Below are positions 1 through 8,229 of a stretch of DNA of 64,000 nt, one piece after another. Made by a program: the position numbers and the translations under genes. The DNA comes from an uncultured virus (IMG/VR IMGVR_UViG_3300028561_000554) (taxonomy: Duplodnaviria > Heunggongvirae > Uroviricota > Caudoviricetes), in the IMG/VR virus record IMGVR_UViG_3300028561_000554. One strand, 5' to 3'. Below the pieces are notes generated by a model. That model had not been told where the DNA came from, did not search any database, and was given only the letters and a program-made list of their open reading frames with translations. Every line of letters begins with the position of its first letter. The first letter of the stretch is position 1.

Positions 1-59
1 TGTTTAGGTTCATCAGCTTTGTGGGTAGCAATGGTGATAGCAGGTTTCTTCTGTGCCAT
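1..59 (-). CDS. 5' end of a gene running off the left edge (MAQKKPAITIATHKADEPK...)
   Basis: Minus-strand AAGGAG RBS before the ATG at 59-57; consensus promoter upstream. Confidence 0.6.
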   Translation of the reverse strand, partial: MAQKKPAITIATHKADEPK

Positions 60-229
60 AATAAACTCCTTTCAGAAATGTTATATATCAATACAACAAT
101 ATAGCAACATACAACTCAAACAAATGTTTCGGTTAAGAATTGTGCATATCTACAATTTTTTGCGAGCATTTTTCAACAACGGGTTGCCAAAATGCTCGAA
201 ATTGTCCGTAGCTATTGGATCTTCTATCC

Positions 230-258
230 ATTATAACACATAAACAATGTTTTGTCAA
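230..258 (-). promoter_or_regulatory. sigma-A promoter, leftward
   Basis: Minus strand TTGACA-17 bp-TATAAT with extended TG. Confidence 0.8.
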
Positions 259-272
259 TGCTGAAATTGTAC

Positions 273-301
273 TTTACAAGTTTGGAAATGTGTGTTATAA
301 T
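273..301 (+). promoter_or_regulatory. sigma-A promoter, rightward (divergent pair)
   Basis: TTTACA-17 bp-TATAAT with TGTG extended -10. Confidence 0.75.
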
Positions 302-339
302 AAGGGCGTTGGTATTTAGCCTAGGGGGAAATGATACCC

Positions 340-410
340 AAGTCCGCAAACGGCGACAGTGTAGCCGCAAATCCTGTTTAAAGGTGTGTGACAGGACAGG
401 CTGCCGGTCA
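340..410 (+). ncRNA. possible c-di-GMP-I (GEMM)-like riboswitch variant in 5' UTR
   Basis: GCAAAC..GACA..CGCAAA..TTAAAGG..TGACAG..GCTGCCG occurs in the order of the GEMM consensus as recalled; not scored. Confidence 0.3.
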
Positions 411-517
411 GAGTACTGACAACTTCGCCATCAACCCACTTCGCCACGATAGATATACAGAACAAGAGACTGGAGCTATGTTGGAAATACCATAAGTTGC
501 GAAACAGGAGGGCGTAA

Positions 518-2446
518 ATGACTATATATCTTGACAGAGGACCGTTTCTCACCATTCCCGATAAGCTGCATCCGGGACAGTACAGAGTGATCCGTAACCC
601 CGACTGGCACGGAGAACTGCCGGAGATCGTGTCCTTCACCGATTTTCTCAAATGGAACTACACACTGGAGTACGGTCAGTATATCCGAAAACTGCACTGC
701 TATCGTCGGCTTCCGCTGCCGTGGGGCGTTCCACAGGATGCCGAGATCGAAACTGTCATCATCGAGGAAGGCAGATATGACCGCATTGATCACGATTCCT
801 TTGATATGTATGTGATATGCGATGTCGTGTTCGAGATGAACGGCTGCCGGCAATGCCAGAAGTATATCTTGCACGGCTTCTACTGCTCTTACGGCGGTTC
901 AGACTTTCTGTGCGGTGCGGAGCTCTACAATGGTCAGTTTATCCGGCTGAACAATCCCTTAGATGAGTTTCTGGTTCCCATCCTTTCAAAGAAAGAATTT
1001 GAGAGCATTGCACAGGATATCCTCAACAGCTACTATTCATATAAGTCGAATTATCCCTGCCGCATCAATACTGCTTCGATTGCAAAGGCTATGGGGCTTG
1101 ACATCAAGTATGCCCGACTGTCAAAAAACGGAAATGTCAAGTCCAAGCTGATCCTGGACAAGCGGGATACAACCGTCTATGATAAGGAATGCAAAGCTGT
1201 CAAAATGCGGATCGACAGTCCTACGATCCTTGTGGATGAGTCTCTGGAGGAGGAAGAAGCACAGAACGCTATTATTCATGAGTGCGTTCATGCTTACCTT
1301 CACAACCTCTTCTATGAGCTGCAGAGCTACTATCGGAAAATGGTCGGCAGGAAGATGCCGGAGTTCAATGACTACTTCTATTCCAAGACGCAGCGTAGCT
1401 GCCTGAAATGGATGGAAACACAGGCAAATGCCATCCCACGCTTTATTCAGATGCCGGAGGAACAGACATCCGAGGTCATCCTGAACTTCTTCGAGCGACT
1501 GCCCGGTGAGCCTGACTGGGACGATTACAGAGAACTGATTGACCTTGTGAAATGGAAGTTCGGAGTATCCCGCAACGCTGCGAAGAAGCGTATCATCGAG
1601 CTTGGCTGGCCGGAAGTGCGCGGTGTGTATGTCTACAACACCACAGGATATGTCGAGGACTACGATGTCAAACTGAAATTCCCGGATGACTATACCTATA
1701 CACTGTCGTTCCGCCATATTTCGGATGTGTTCGCATCCTGCGAGACCTTTGCAGAGCTTGTCCGCTCCAAGAAGTTCATCTATCTGGACGGTCATGTTGT
1801 CATCAACAGCGACAGGTATATCCGCAAGGAACATGGCATCGCTATGGGATTGACGGAGTATGCAAGACACCACATGGCAGAGTGCTGTCTGGATTTCAAG
1901 CGTATCTATGCGGAATTTGACTACAGCTATACCTATGGTGAGCTGCACAAGGACGACCTGACCGAGATCACGGCCGAAAACCGGTCGTTCAGTGATGAGC
2001 AGCGAAAGAAGATCCGCATGGCAATGTACGAGATCTCTGAAGAAAACGATAAGCTCGCTAAACCTTCAGAAGTTAACGAATTCGGCAAGGCGGTGCGATT
2101 CCATATGGAAAGATGCGGCGTTACCTCGGATCAGGTCGCTGACCGCAGCGGTATGGGTGTGAACACAGTCAACAAGATGCGCAGCGGTAAAAAAGTGAAA
2201 CTTGAAACGGTGCTGGCGTTCTGTGTGGCTTTGGAACTTGAGGAGTCGTTTCGTATCGACCTTATGCAGAAGGCAAAGGTCGAATATGATATGAGCAATC
2301 CCGCCCACCAACTCTATGTCACGATTTTTGAGCTGATAGAGAAACCAAATGTGTTCCAGATCAATGATCTGCTTAAGTCAGAGGGCTTTACGCCGTGGAC
2401 GAGAGATTGTGAGGAAAAAAAGCGGTACGCTAAGAAAAGTATGTAA
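518..2446 (+). CDS. ImmA/IrrE-type metallopeptidase fused to C-terminal XRE HTH
   Basis: AIIHECVH (HExxH), WMETQAN, FGVSRNAAKKRI; C-terminal 'VTSDQVADRSGMGVNTVNKMRSG' HTH; GGAGG RBS. Confidence 0.8.
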   Translation: MTIYLDRGPFLTIPDKLHPGQYRVIRNPDWHGELPEIVSFTDFLKWNYTLEYGQYIRKLHCYRRLPLPWGVPQDAEIETVIIEEGRYDRIDHDSFDMYVICDVVFEMNGCRQCQKYILHGFYCSYGGSDFLCGAELYNGQFIRLNNPLDEFLVPILSKKEFESIAQDILNSYYSYKSNYPCRINTASIAKAMGLDIKYARLSKNGNVKSKLILDKRDTTVYDKECKAVKMRIDSPTILVDESLEEEEAQNAIIHECVHAYLHNLFYELQSYYRKMVGRKMPEFNDYFYSKTQRSCLKWMETQANAIPRFIQMPEEQTSEVILNFFERLPGEPDWDDYRELIDLVKWKFGVSRNAAKKRIIELGWPEVRGVYVYNTTGYVEDYDVKLKFPDDYTYTLSFRHISDVFASCETFAELVRSKKFIYLDGHVVINSDRYIRKEHGIAMGLTEYARHHMAECCLDFKRIYAEFDYSYTYGELHKDDLTEITAENRSFSDEQRKKIRMAMYEISEENDKLAKPSEVNEFGKAVRFHMERCGVTSDQVADRSGMGVNTVNKMRSGKKVKLETVLAFCVALELEESFRIDLMQKAKVEYDMSNPAHQLYVTIFELIEKPNVFQINDLLKSEGFTPWTRDCEEKKRYAKKSM

Positions 2447-2462
2447 AAACAGCGAAATATGG

Positions 2463-2495
2463 TTTTTTTAGGAGGCTTTCGGGCCTCCTTTTTTT
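2463..2495. terminator. intrinsic terminator
   Basis: AGGAGGC-tttcgg-GCCTCCT hairpin followed by a T run. Confidence 0.85.
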
Positions 2496-2961
2496 ATGCT
2501 CTGAACTATTTTTCGTGTAGCCCCCAGAAAAAATGGGGGCGATTTGCGTTTTTGAAACAGTTTAGAAATAGAATATTCATAGAATATCCATTTAATTTAG
2601 ATGTTATGAATAAATACAGATTGACATAAGAAGCCATTACAGGCATAGTGCATAAAAAACAGCCCCCGTTTTTTATGTATGTAAAAGATGAATGGGATAT
2701 GTTATGATATAAACACAGTCAAGGACAGGCACCACCTTCCAAAGACTGAAAACAACACTTCACGCCGGATGCATACGGCAGTGGATGTTCATACAAGCTA
2801 CTACATCTTGTAGTCATAGGCTCGAACTATACCTACAAGCACAGGATATATGGTTAGTAGCTGTATGTTCTCCCTTCGTATGCATCCGGCTATTTTTGTA
2901 GCTACTGGTCGGCGGCATACGTCGCTACAATAAACCGATATCCAGAAAGGAAGTACCTATC

Positions 2962-3426
2962 ATGAAAAACTCTACTGCTGCTCAGACTGCAAAAGTGTCC
3001 ACAATTGTGGACAAAAAGACCGTTTACATCTGCAGCCCCCTCCGCCCGGTTTCCACCGATCCTATCCTCCGCGCCAACGAGCTGATCGACAATCTGAAGC
3101 TCGCCAAGGATGCCTGCACGTTCGCCGCACTCCGTGGCTGTGATCCGGTTGCACCACATCTCTTCTATCCGCAGTTCCTGAACGATGATGACGAGTTCGA
3201 GCGTGCGCTCGGCATGGAGCTGGGGCTGAAGGCTCTCAGATGCTGCGATGAACTGTGGATCATCAGTCCGAGAATCAGTTCAGGTATGAGCGCAGAGATC
3301 AAGGAAGCTCTGAAGTGTGGTATTCCGGTGCTTGTGTTCACTGCCGCTGGGTTCCGTGAGTATAAAGGTTCAGGCGATATGACCGACAACTGCTATGCCG
3401 ATGTTGCTGACGGCGTGATCGACTGA
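2962..3426 (+). CDS. DUF4406/nucleoside 2-deoxyribosyltransferase-like phage protein
   Basis: VYICSPL, APHLFYPQFL, CDELW, ISSGMSAEI motifs. Confidence 0.7.
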   Translation: MKNSTAAQTAKVSTIVDKKTVYICSPLRPVSTDPILRANELIDNLKLAKDACTFAALRGCDPVAPHLFYPQFLNDDDEFERALGMELGLKALRCCDELWIISPRISSGMSAEIKEALKCGIPVLVFTAAGFREYKGSGDMTDNCYADVADGVID

Positions 3427-3441
3427 AGGGAGGAAACGAAT

Positions 3442-4191
3442 ATGGCTAAGAAGAGAATGGGCATATACAACCGCGAGGTAAATGGTATAAAGCAGAACGC
3501 TGCCCCTGCAAAGGCGAAAAGTAAAATCGTCGCATTCAATGACAAGTTGACTCTCAGAGAGCTGCTGACAATGATCACCCCCACCAGAGGGGCGTCGCTC
3601 CCGACGCGAAAGGCGCTGAAGTCCTCCTTTGAGCCTATCGCCGTCTACTGTACCAGAAACTTCTGCCTGTCGATCTATGAGAATGGTTTTGCGCTTGCAG
3701 AGGCTTGGAAGCGTTATGCTGTGTTCCGTGTGGACAGATGCAAGGAGTATCACTACGACACCGAGCATGATAAATTGGTAAATCAGAGGAATAGCGCAAC
3801 AAAACCGGATATCACATTCGAGGAATTCCTCGATGAGCCGTGGACGGTGAGACTCCTGCTGACCGCCGAAGACAAGCTGGAGGAAAATAACGATATGGCG
3901 GCACGCAGGGCAATTTCTGAGCATCCGTCAATTGCTTCTGACGTTCAGCAGTATAACAGATACGTTCACGGTGAATCTGTTGAGAATCTGGTGCTGGGGA
4001 AGATGTGTGCTATGGAAACACTGAATACGCTGACAGATCGTCAGAAGGAGGCGATGATCCTATATCATGTAGAAGGTTATACGCAACAGGAGATCGGCAG
4101 GATGCTTGGCATTTCCACAACTGCAGCAAGAGACAGAATCAATGCCGGTATCAATAGACTCCGTAAGTATCTCTATGAGGTGGAGGGTTGA
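3442..4191 (+). CDS. sigma-70 region 4 domain protein
   Basis: LTDRQKEAMILYHVEGYTQQEIGRMLGIS. Confidence 0.8.
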   Translation: MAKKRMGIYNREVNGIKQNAAPAKAKSKIVAFNDKLTLRELLTMITPTRGASLPTRKALKSSFEPIAVYCTRNFCLSIYENGFALAEAWKRYAVFRVDRCKEYHYDTEHDKLVNQRNSATKPDITFEEFLDEPWTVRLLLTAEDKLEENNDMAARRAISEHPSIASDVQQYNRYVHGESVENLVLGKMCAMETLNTLTDRQKEAMILYHVEGYTQQEIGRMLGISTTAARDRINAGINRLRKYLYEVEG

Positions 4192-4435
4192 GAACTAAAC
4201 TGCCTCAAAAAAGCTAAAACAACATACTGAAAGTCAGGGCGCGCACTGGCGGACAGATGCTCACAATGGAATACAGTATTTACTCCCAGACATATCTGAA
4301 ACGGAATGTCAGGATGAAAGGATAACTGTACCCTCACGACCATCTGCTGTCTGCGTGCCCTATCTATAATAGGATCTGCAGTCTGCGCTGTGGGCATCTG
4401 CCGCTTAGTGTGTTCCTTGCAGAAAGGAACTGATT

Positions 4436-5272
4436 ATGAACGAGATGAACAATGAGAGCATCAACCTGATGCAGACTGCGGAGAAGCTCACATCGGCGTT
4501 TATTGATGAGGAAGCAACTGCGGCTGATATGACGTATCATCCGACCGCGGCAAAGCATCTTCCGCCCATCACGGACAAAACCACTCTCGGTGAGCTGCTG
4601 AAGATGCTAGACCTCACGCCAGGGCAGAAAAAGCCCGCAAAGACACCTACTCCGAAGAAGCTGCGTACAACAGTGGGGCTAATCGCTCAGACCAAAACGA
4701 TCATGCTGTATCGTAACGGATTTGCATACTACAACAACGGCAGCAATCACAGCGTCCTTTGGCTTCCCTATTGTGTGAGCTTCACCTACCACTTCAATCC
4801 TCTGAAGGATTCAGAGAAGAATACGCTGAAGGAAACGGATACCTTGAAAGCGGGCTTGCTGGAAGATAATCCGTGGGTCACAGCCACTACCCTGATCGCT
4901 GAGCATCGCATCGAGCATCACATGGACACAAACGCCGGCATTGGTCACTCGGATATCCCGGATTATGCAGACGGTGAGGACGAGATCAGCATGGATGCAT
5001 ATGTGGGTAAGGATAACCGCTGTATGGAGTTCATGCGGCACGAGGAGCCGATCAACGTCAATCCTCTGGATGCTGTGTGTCGCAAGGAGACTAAGGAGGA
5101 GATCCTCGCAGACCTGACAGATAAGCAGATTGAGGTGTTGGTGCTTCACTATCGTGATGGGTATACACAAAGGGAAATTGCAGAGCGCCTGAATATTGAT
5201 CAGACAACAGTCCGGGACAGAATGCGCTGTGCTATGAAAAAAATAAAAAATATTTTGTCCGATACCCCTTAA
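4436..5272 (+). CDS. sigma-70 region 4 domain protein (paralogue)
   Basis: LTDKQIEVLVLHYRDGYTQREIAERLNID; N-terminal motifs shared with 3442-4191 (DK..L.ELL.M, Y.NGFA, PW). Confidence 0.8.
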   Translation: MNEMNNESINLMQTAEKLTSAFIDEEATAADMTYHPTAAKHLPPITDKTTLGELLKMLDLTPGQKKPAKTPTPKKLRTTVGLIAQTKTIMLYRNGFAYYNNGSNHSVLWLPYCVSFTYHFNPLKDSEKNTLKETDTLKAGLLEDNPWVTATTLIAEHRIEHHMDTNAGIGHSDIPDYADGEDEISMDAYVGKDNRCMEFMRHEEPINVNPLDAVCRKETKEEILADLTDKQIEVLVLHYRDGYTQREIAERLNIDQTTVRDRMRCAMKKIKNILSDTP

Positions 5273-5301
5273 CGACCTTCTCCCGGACTATATTACAGAG
5301 G
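5261..5301 (+). promoter_or_regulatory. 41-bp repeated motif, copy 1; putative phage-sigma promoter
   Basis: 33/41 identical to 17797-17837; precedes the replication operon. Confidence 0.55.
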
Positions 5302-5393
5302 CTCTTGACAAGACCTCTCCAAAAGCGGCTGTGGACACACCGCAGCCGCACAACATTACATTGGTCGAAAGACCCAACAGAAAGGAAAAGCCT

Positions 5394-5780
5394 ATGGAAA
5401 TCAGAACCCCGAAGAACCGCTACAACGGCAGCGGCATCAACACCGATGACCGCAAAACGCCGCAGAATGCTGGCACGGCAGACCACAAGGGTCAGGATGC
5501 ACTGAAGCAGATCGGAGCGGTGCTGGACAAGCAGGCGGCAGGTGTCGCGCAGACCGTTACGGATATGTTCAAGTTCATGTCGCTCACGGCTGCCGTTCTC
5601 CCAAACATGGAGCTGGATACCGGTATCTTCCACCTGAAGGTCGATGATGACGGCATCCTCTTTGAGATCAACCATCCGTTCCGTAAGGACAAGCAGTGCG
5701 ATACCTACGAAGATGACTCCGAGGAGCCGGATAACGACTACGATGACGATGAGGAGGGACTGCTCTATGACGGAGACTGA
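5394..5780 (+). CDS. hypothetical protein with acidic C-terminus
   Basis: AAAGGA RBS; overlaps the next gene. Confidence 0.65.
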   Translation: MEIRTPKNRYNGSGINTDDRKTPQNAGTADHKGQDALKQIGAVLDKQAAGVAQTVTDMFKFMSLTAAVLPNMELDTGIFHLKVDDDGILFEINHPFRKDKQCDTYEDDSEEPDNDYDDDEEGLLYDGD

Positions 5781-6255
5781 GAAGAACAAGCTGCCGGAGC
5801 CTATCCCGGTGGACGCAAAGAAGCTGATCGACGGACTCGGCACGATCTTCGGAGGTGTTATCCAACTTCTGAATTCAATGGAACCGGGCATGGCACAGCA
5901 GCTTGCAGACATGGCGATCAACGGCGTACCGAAGCCTGCAGCTGACACTGCTCCGGAGAACCTGAACATCGACGATTTTGAGGAGATCATCTCAGCAGAC
6001 AATCTTCCGTGGGACACCGAGCCGGAGGAAAAGCCGAAGGAGCAGCCGAAAAAGAAAGCCGCTGCAAAGAAACAGGAGCCCGCATCGGAACTGACTGCCG
6101 ATGACCTTATTAAGGTTGTGACCGGCAAGATCAAGCAGAACCGCGCCAACAAGGACAAGGTCCTCACGCTGCTGAAGTCCTACGGTGCGGCGAAGGTCAG
6201 CGACATCCCTGCGGACAAGTACGAAGCATTCATCACTGACCTGTCACAGCTTTGA
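5767..6255 (+). CDS. hypothetical phage replication-module protein
   Basis: GAGG RBS; C-terminal LLKSYGAAKVSDIPADKYEAF typical of genes preceding DUF2800. Confidence 0.7.
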   Translation: MTETEKNKLPEPIPVDAKKLIDGLGTIFGGVIQLLNSMEPGMAQQLADMAINGVPKPAADTAPENLNIDDFEEIISADNLPWDTEPEEKPKEQPKKKAAAKKQEPASELTADDLIKVVTGKIKQNRANKDKVLTLLKSYGAAKVSDIPADKYEAFITDLSQL

Positions 6256-6271
6256 TCGGAGGTGAAGCATC

Positions 6272-7579
6272 ATGCCAAGAAAAAAGAAGGAGCCGGTCTC
6301 CGGTGTTCCGCCCGATGCGCCGGGCATCGACCATGCAAGCCGCGCACATGCAGTCCTGTCGGCATCGGCGGCAAAACGCTGGCTGAACTGCCTGCCGTCT
6401 GCACGGCTGAATGAGCAGTTCCCGAATACATCCAGCGAGTTTGCCGAGGAAGGGACTGCTGCACACGAACTGTGCGAGTACAAGGTGCGCAAGTATCTGC
6501 ATGACCGCATGGAGCGTCCGCAGTCGGAATACTACACCGAGGAGATCGAGCAGGCGACGGATATCTACGCCGAGTTTGTGATCGGCATTATCGAGGAAAT
6601 GAAGGCAAACGGCACAGAGCCGATGGCACTTGTGGAGGAGAAGCTGGACTACAGCCACGTTGCACCGAGCGGATTCGGAACGGGCGACATGATCGTCATA
6701 GGAAAAGATGCTGAAGGTCGCGGACTTCTCCACATAGTGGATTACAAAAATGGAAAAGGCGTTTTCGTGGATGCCGACCACAACCCGCAGATGATGCTGT
6801 ATGCGATAGGCGCACTCAGGGCGTATGACTTTATCTACGATGTGGAGATCGTCAGAATGTCGATCGTGCAGCCGAGGCTCGATAATATCAGCACCTGCGA
6901 GATGTCAGTCACAGAGCTGAATGAATGGGCGGAAAGCATCAAGCCCATTGCCAAACTTGCCTACGAGGGCAAGGGCGAACAGCATCCCGGCGACTGGTGC
7001 AGGTTTTGTAAAGCCAAACCTGTCTGTCAGGCGTGTAAAGATGAAGCACTGGCGCTCTGCCGTGAGGATTTCCTTGACCTTGATGCCGGGGCTTTTGATG
7101 ATACCGCAGAGGAAAGCGATATGACCGCGCCCTATGAAGCAGATACAAATACAGCCGTATTCAAGCAGCCGGGCCTGATCCCGATATCTGAACTGGCGAA
7201 GATACTACCGACGCTGAACAGGATATCCTCGTGGATAGAGGCGGTATTCGCATTCGTCTCCTCCGAGGCGATCAATCACGGCGTACCCATTCCCGGCTAT
7301 AAGGTGGTCGAGGGACGCAGCAAGCGGATTTTCACAGACACCAAGGCGGTGGTCGATACCGCCGTGCAGAATGGCTACACCGATCTATACAAGCAGACGC
7401 TCATCACACTGACAGAATTTGAGAAAATGATGGGCAAGAAAAAGTTCAATGAGCTGCTCGGTGAATATGTCGCCAAGCCGCCCGGAAAGCTGGCGCTCGT
7501 GCCGGAGAGCGATCCGAGAGAGCCTGTCGATCTCACAACGGCTGGCGAGGAGTTTTCCGCTCTGCCGGACGAAGAATAA
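6272..7579 (+). CDS. DUF2800 family PD-(D/E)XK (Cas4-like) nuclease
   Basis: HAVLSASAAKRWLNC, EGTAAH, GFGTGD, IVDYKNGKG, NPQMMLYA, WCRFC. Confidence 0.9.
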   Translation: MPRKKKEPVSGVPPDAPGIDHASRAHAVLSASAAKRWLNCLPSARLNEQFPNTSSEFAEEGTAAHELCEYKVRKYLHDRMERPQSEYYTEEIEQATDIYAEFVIGIIEEMKANGTEPMALVEEKLDYSHVAPSGFGTGDMIVIGKDAEGRGLLHIVDYKNGKGVFVDADHNPQMMLYAIGALRAYDFIYDVEIVRMSIVQPRLDNISTCEMSVTELNEWAESIKPIAKLAYEGKGEQHPGDWCRFCKAKPVCQACKDEALALCREDFLDLDAGAFDDTAEESDMTAPYEADTNTAVFKQPGLIPISELAKILPTLNRISSWIEAVFAFVSSEAINHGVPIPGYKVVEGRSKRIFTDTKAVVDTAVQNGYTDLYKQTLITLTEFEKMMGKKKFNELLGEYVAKPPGKLALVPESDPREPVDLTTAGEEFSALPDEE

Positions 7580-7598
7580 ACATTTATGGAGGTATATC

Positions 7599-8180
7599 AT
7601 GGCAACCAATAACAACGCACCCGCAACGAAGGTCATCGTGCCGTGCCGCATCAGCTTCGCTAACATCTGGGAAGCACGCAGCATCAACGGCGGTGACGAG
7701 AAGTATTCCGTTTCTCTGCTGATCCCCAAGGACGATAAGGCGACCCTCGCCAAGATCAAGAAGGCGATCGAGGCGGCGAAGGAGGCCGCCAAGGAGAAGA
7801 AGTGGGGCGGCAAGATCCCGCCGAATCTTAAGCTGCCGATGCACGACGGCGACATCGACCGCCCGGACGATGAGAACTATGCCGGTCACTTCTTCTTCAA
7901 CGCAACGAGCAAGGACGCACCGCAGATTGTTGACCGCCATGTACAGCCGATCCTGGATCCTATGGAGTGCGGCAGCGGCGACTACTGCAATGTGAGCGTG
8001 AACTTCTATGGTTTCGCGGCATCCGGCAACAAGGGCATCGCGGCGGGGCTGCAGAACATTCAGCTTGTCCGTCACGGTGAGCGTCTTGCCGGCAGACCGA
8101 CTGCTGCATCCGACTTCGCAGAGATCGAGGGCGAGGATGACGACTTCGGCGGCGATGACGATATGGGTTTTCTGAGCTGA
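7599..8180 (+). CDS. DUF2815 family phage ssDNA-binding protein
   Basis: KYSVSLLIPK, DGDIDR, GNKGIAAGLQNIQ, acidic tail. Confidence 0.9.
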   Translation: MATNNNAPATKVIVPCRISFANIWEARSINGGDEKYSVSLLIPKDDKATLAKIKKAIEAAKEAAKEKKWGGKIPPNLKLPMHDGDIDRPDDENYAGHFFFNATSKDAPQIVDRHVQPILDPMECGSGDYCNVSVNFYGFAASGNKGIAAGLQNIQLVRHGERLAGRPTAASDFAEIEGEDDDFGGDDDMGFLS

Positions 8181-8229
8181 GACAAGGGAGGTGCGTCCTC
8201 CCTTTACATAAATAAGGTGGTGATGATGA

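Noticed and set aside
6272..7579. Cas4-like nuclease as evidence of a CRISPR-Cas system
   Set aside because: It sits in the standard DUF2800-DUF2815-PolA phage module; no other cas genes or repeat-spacer array were seen
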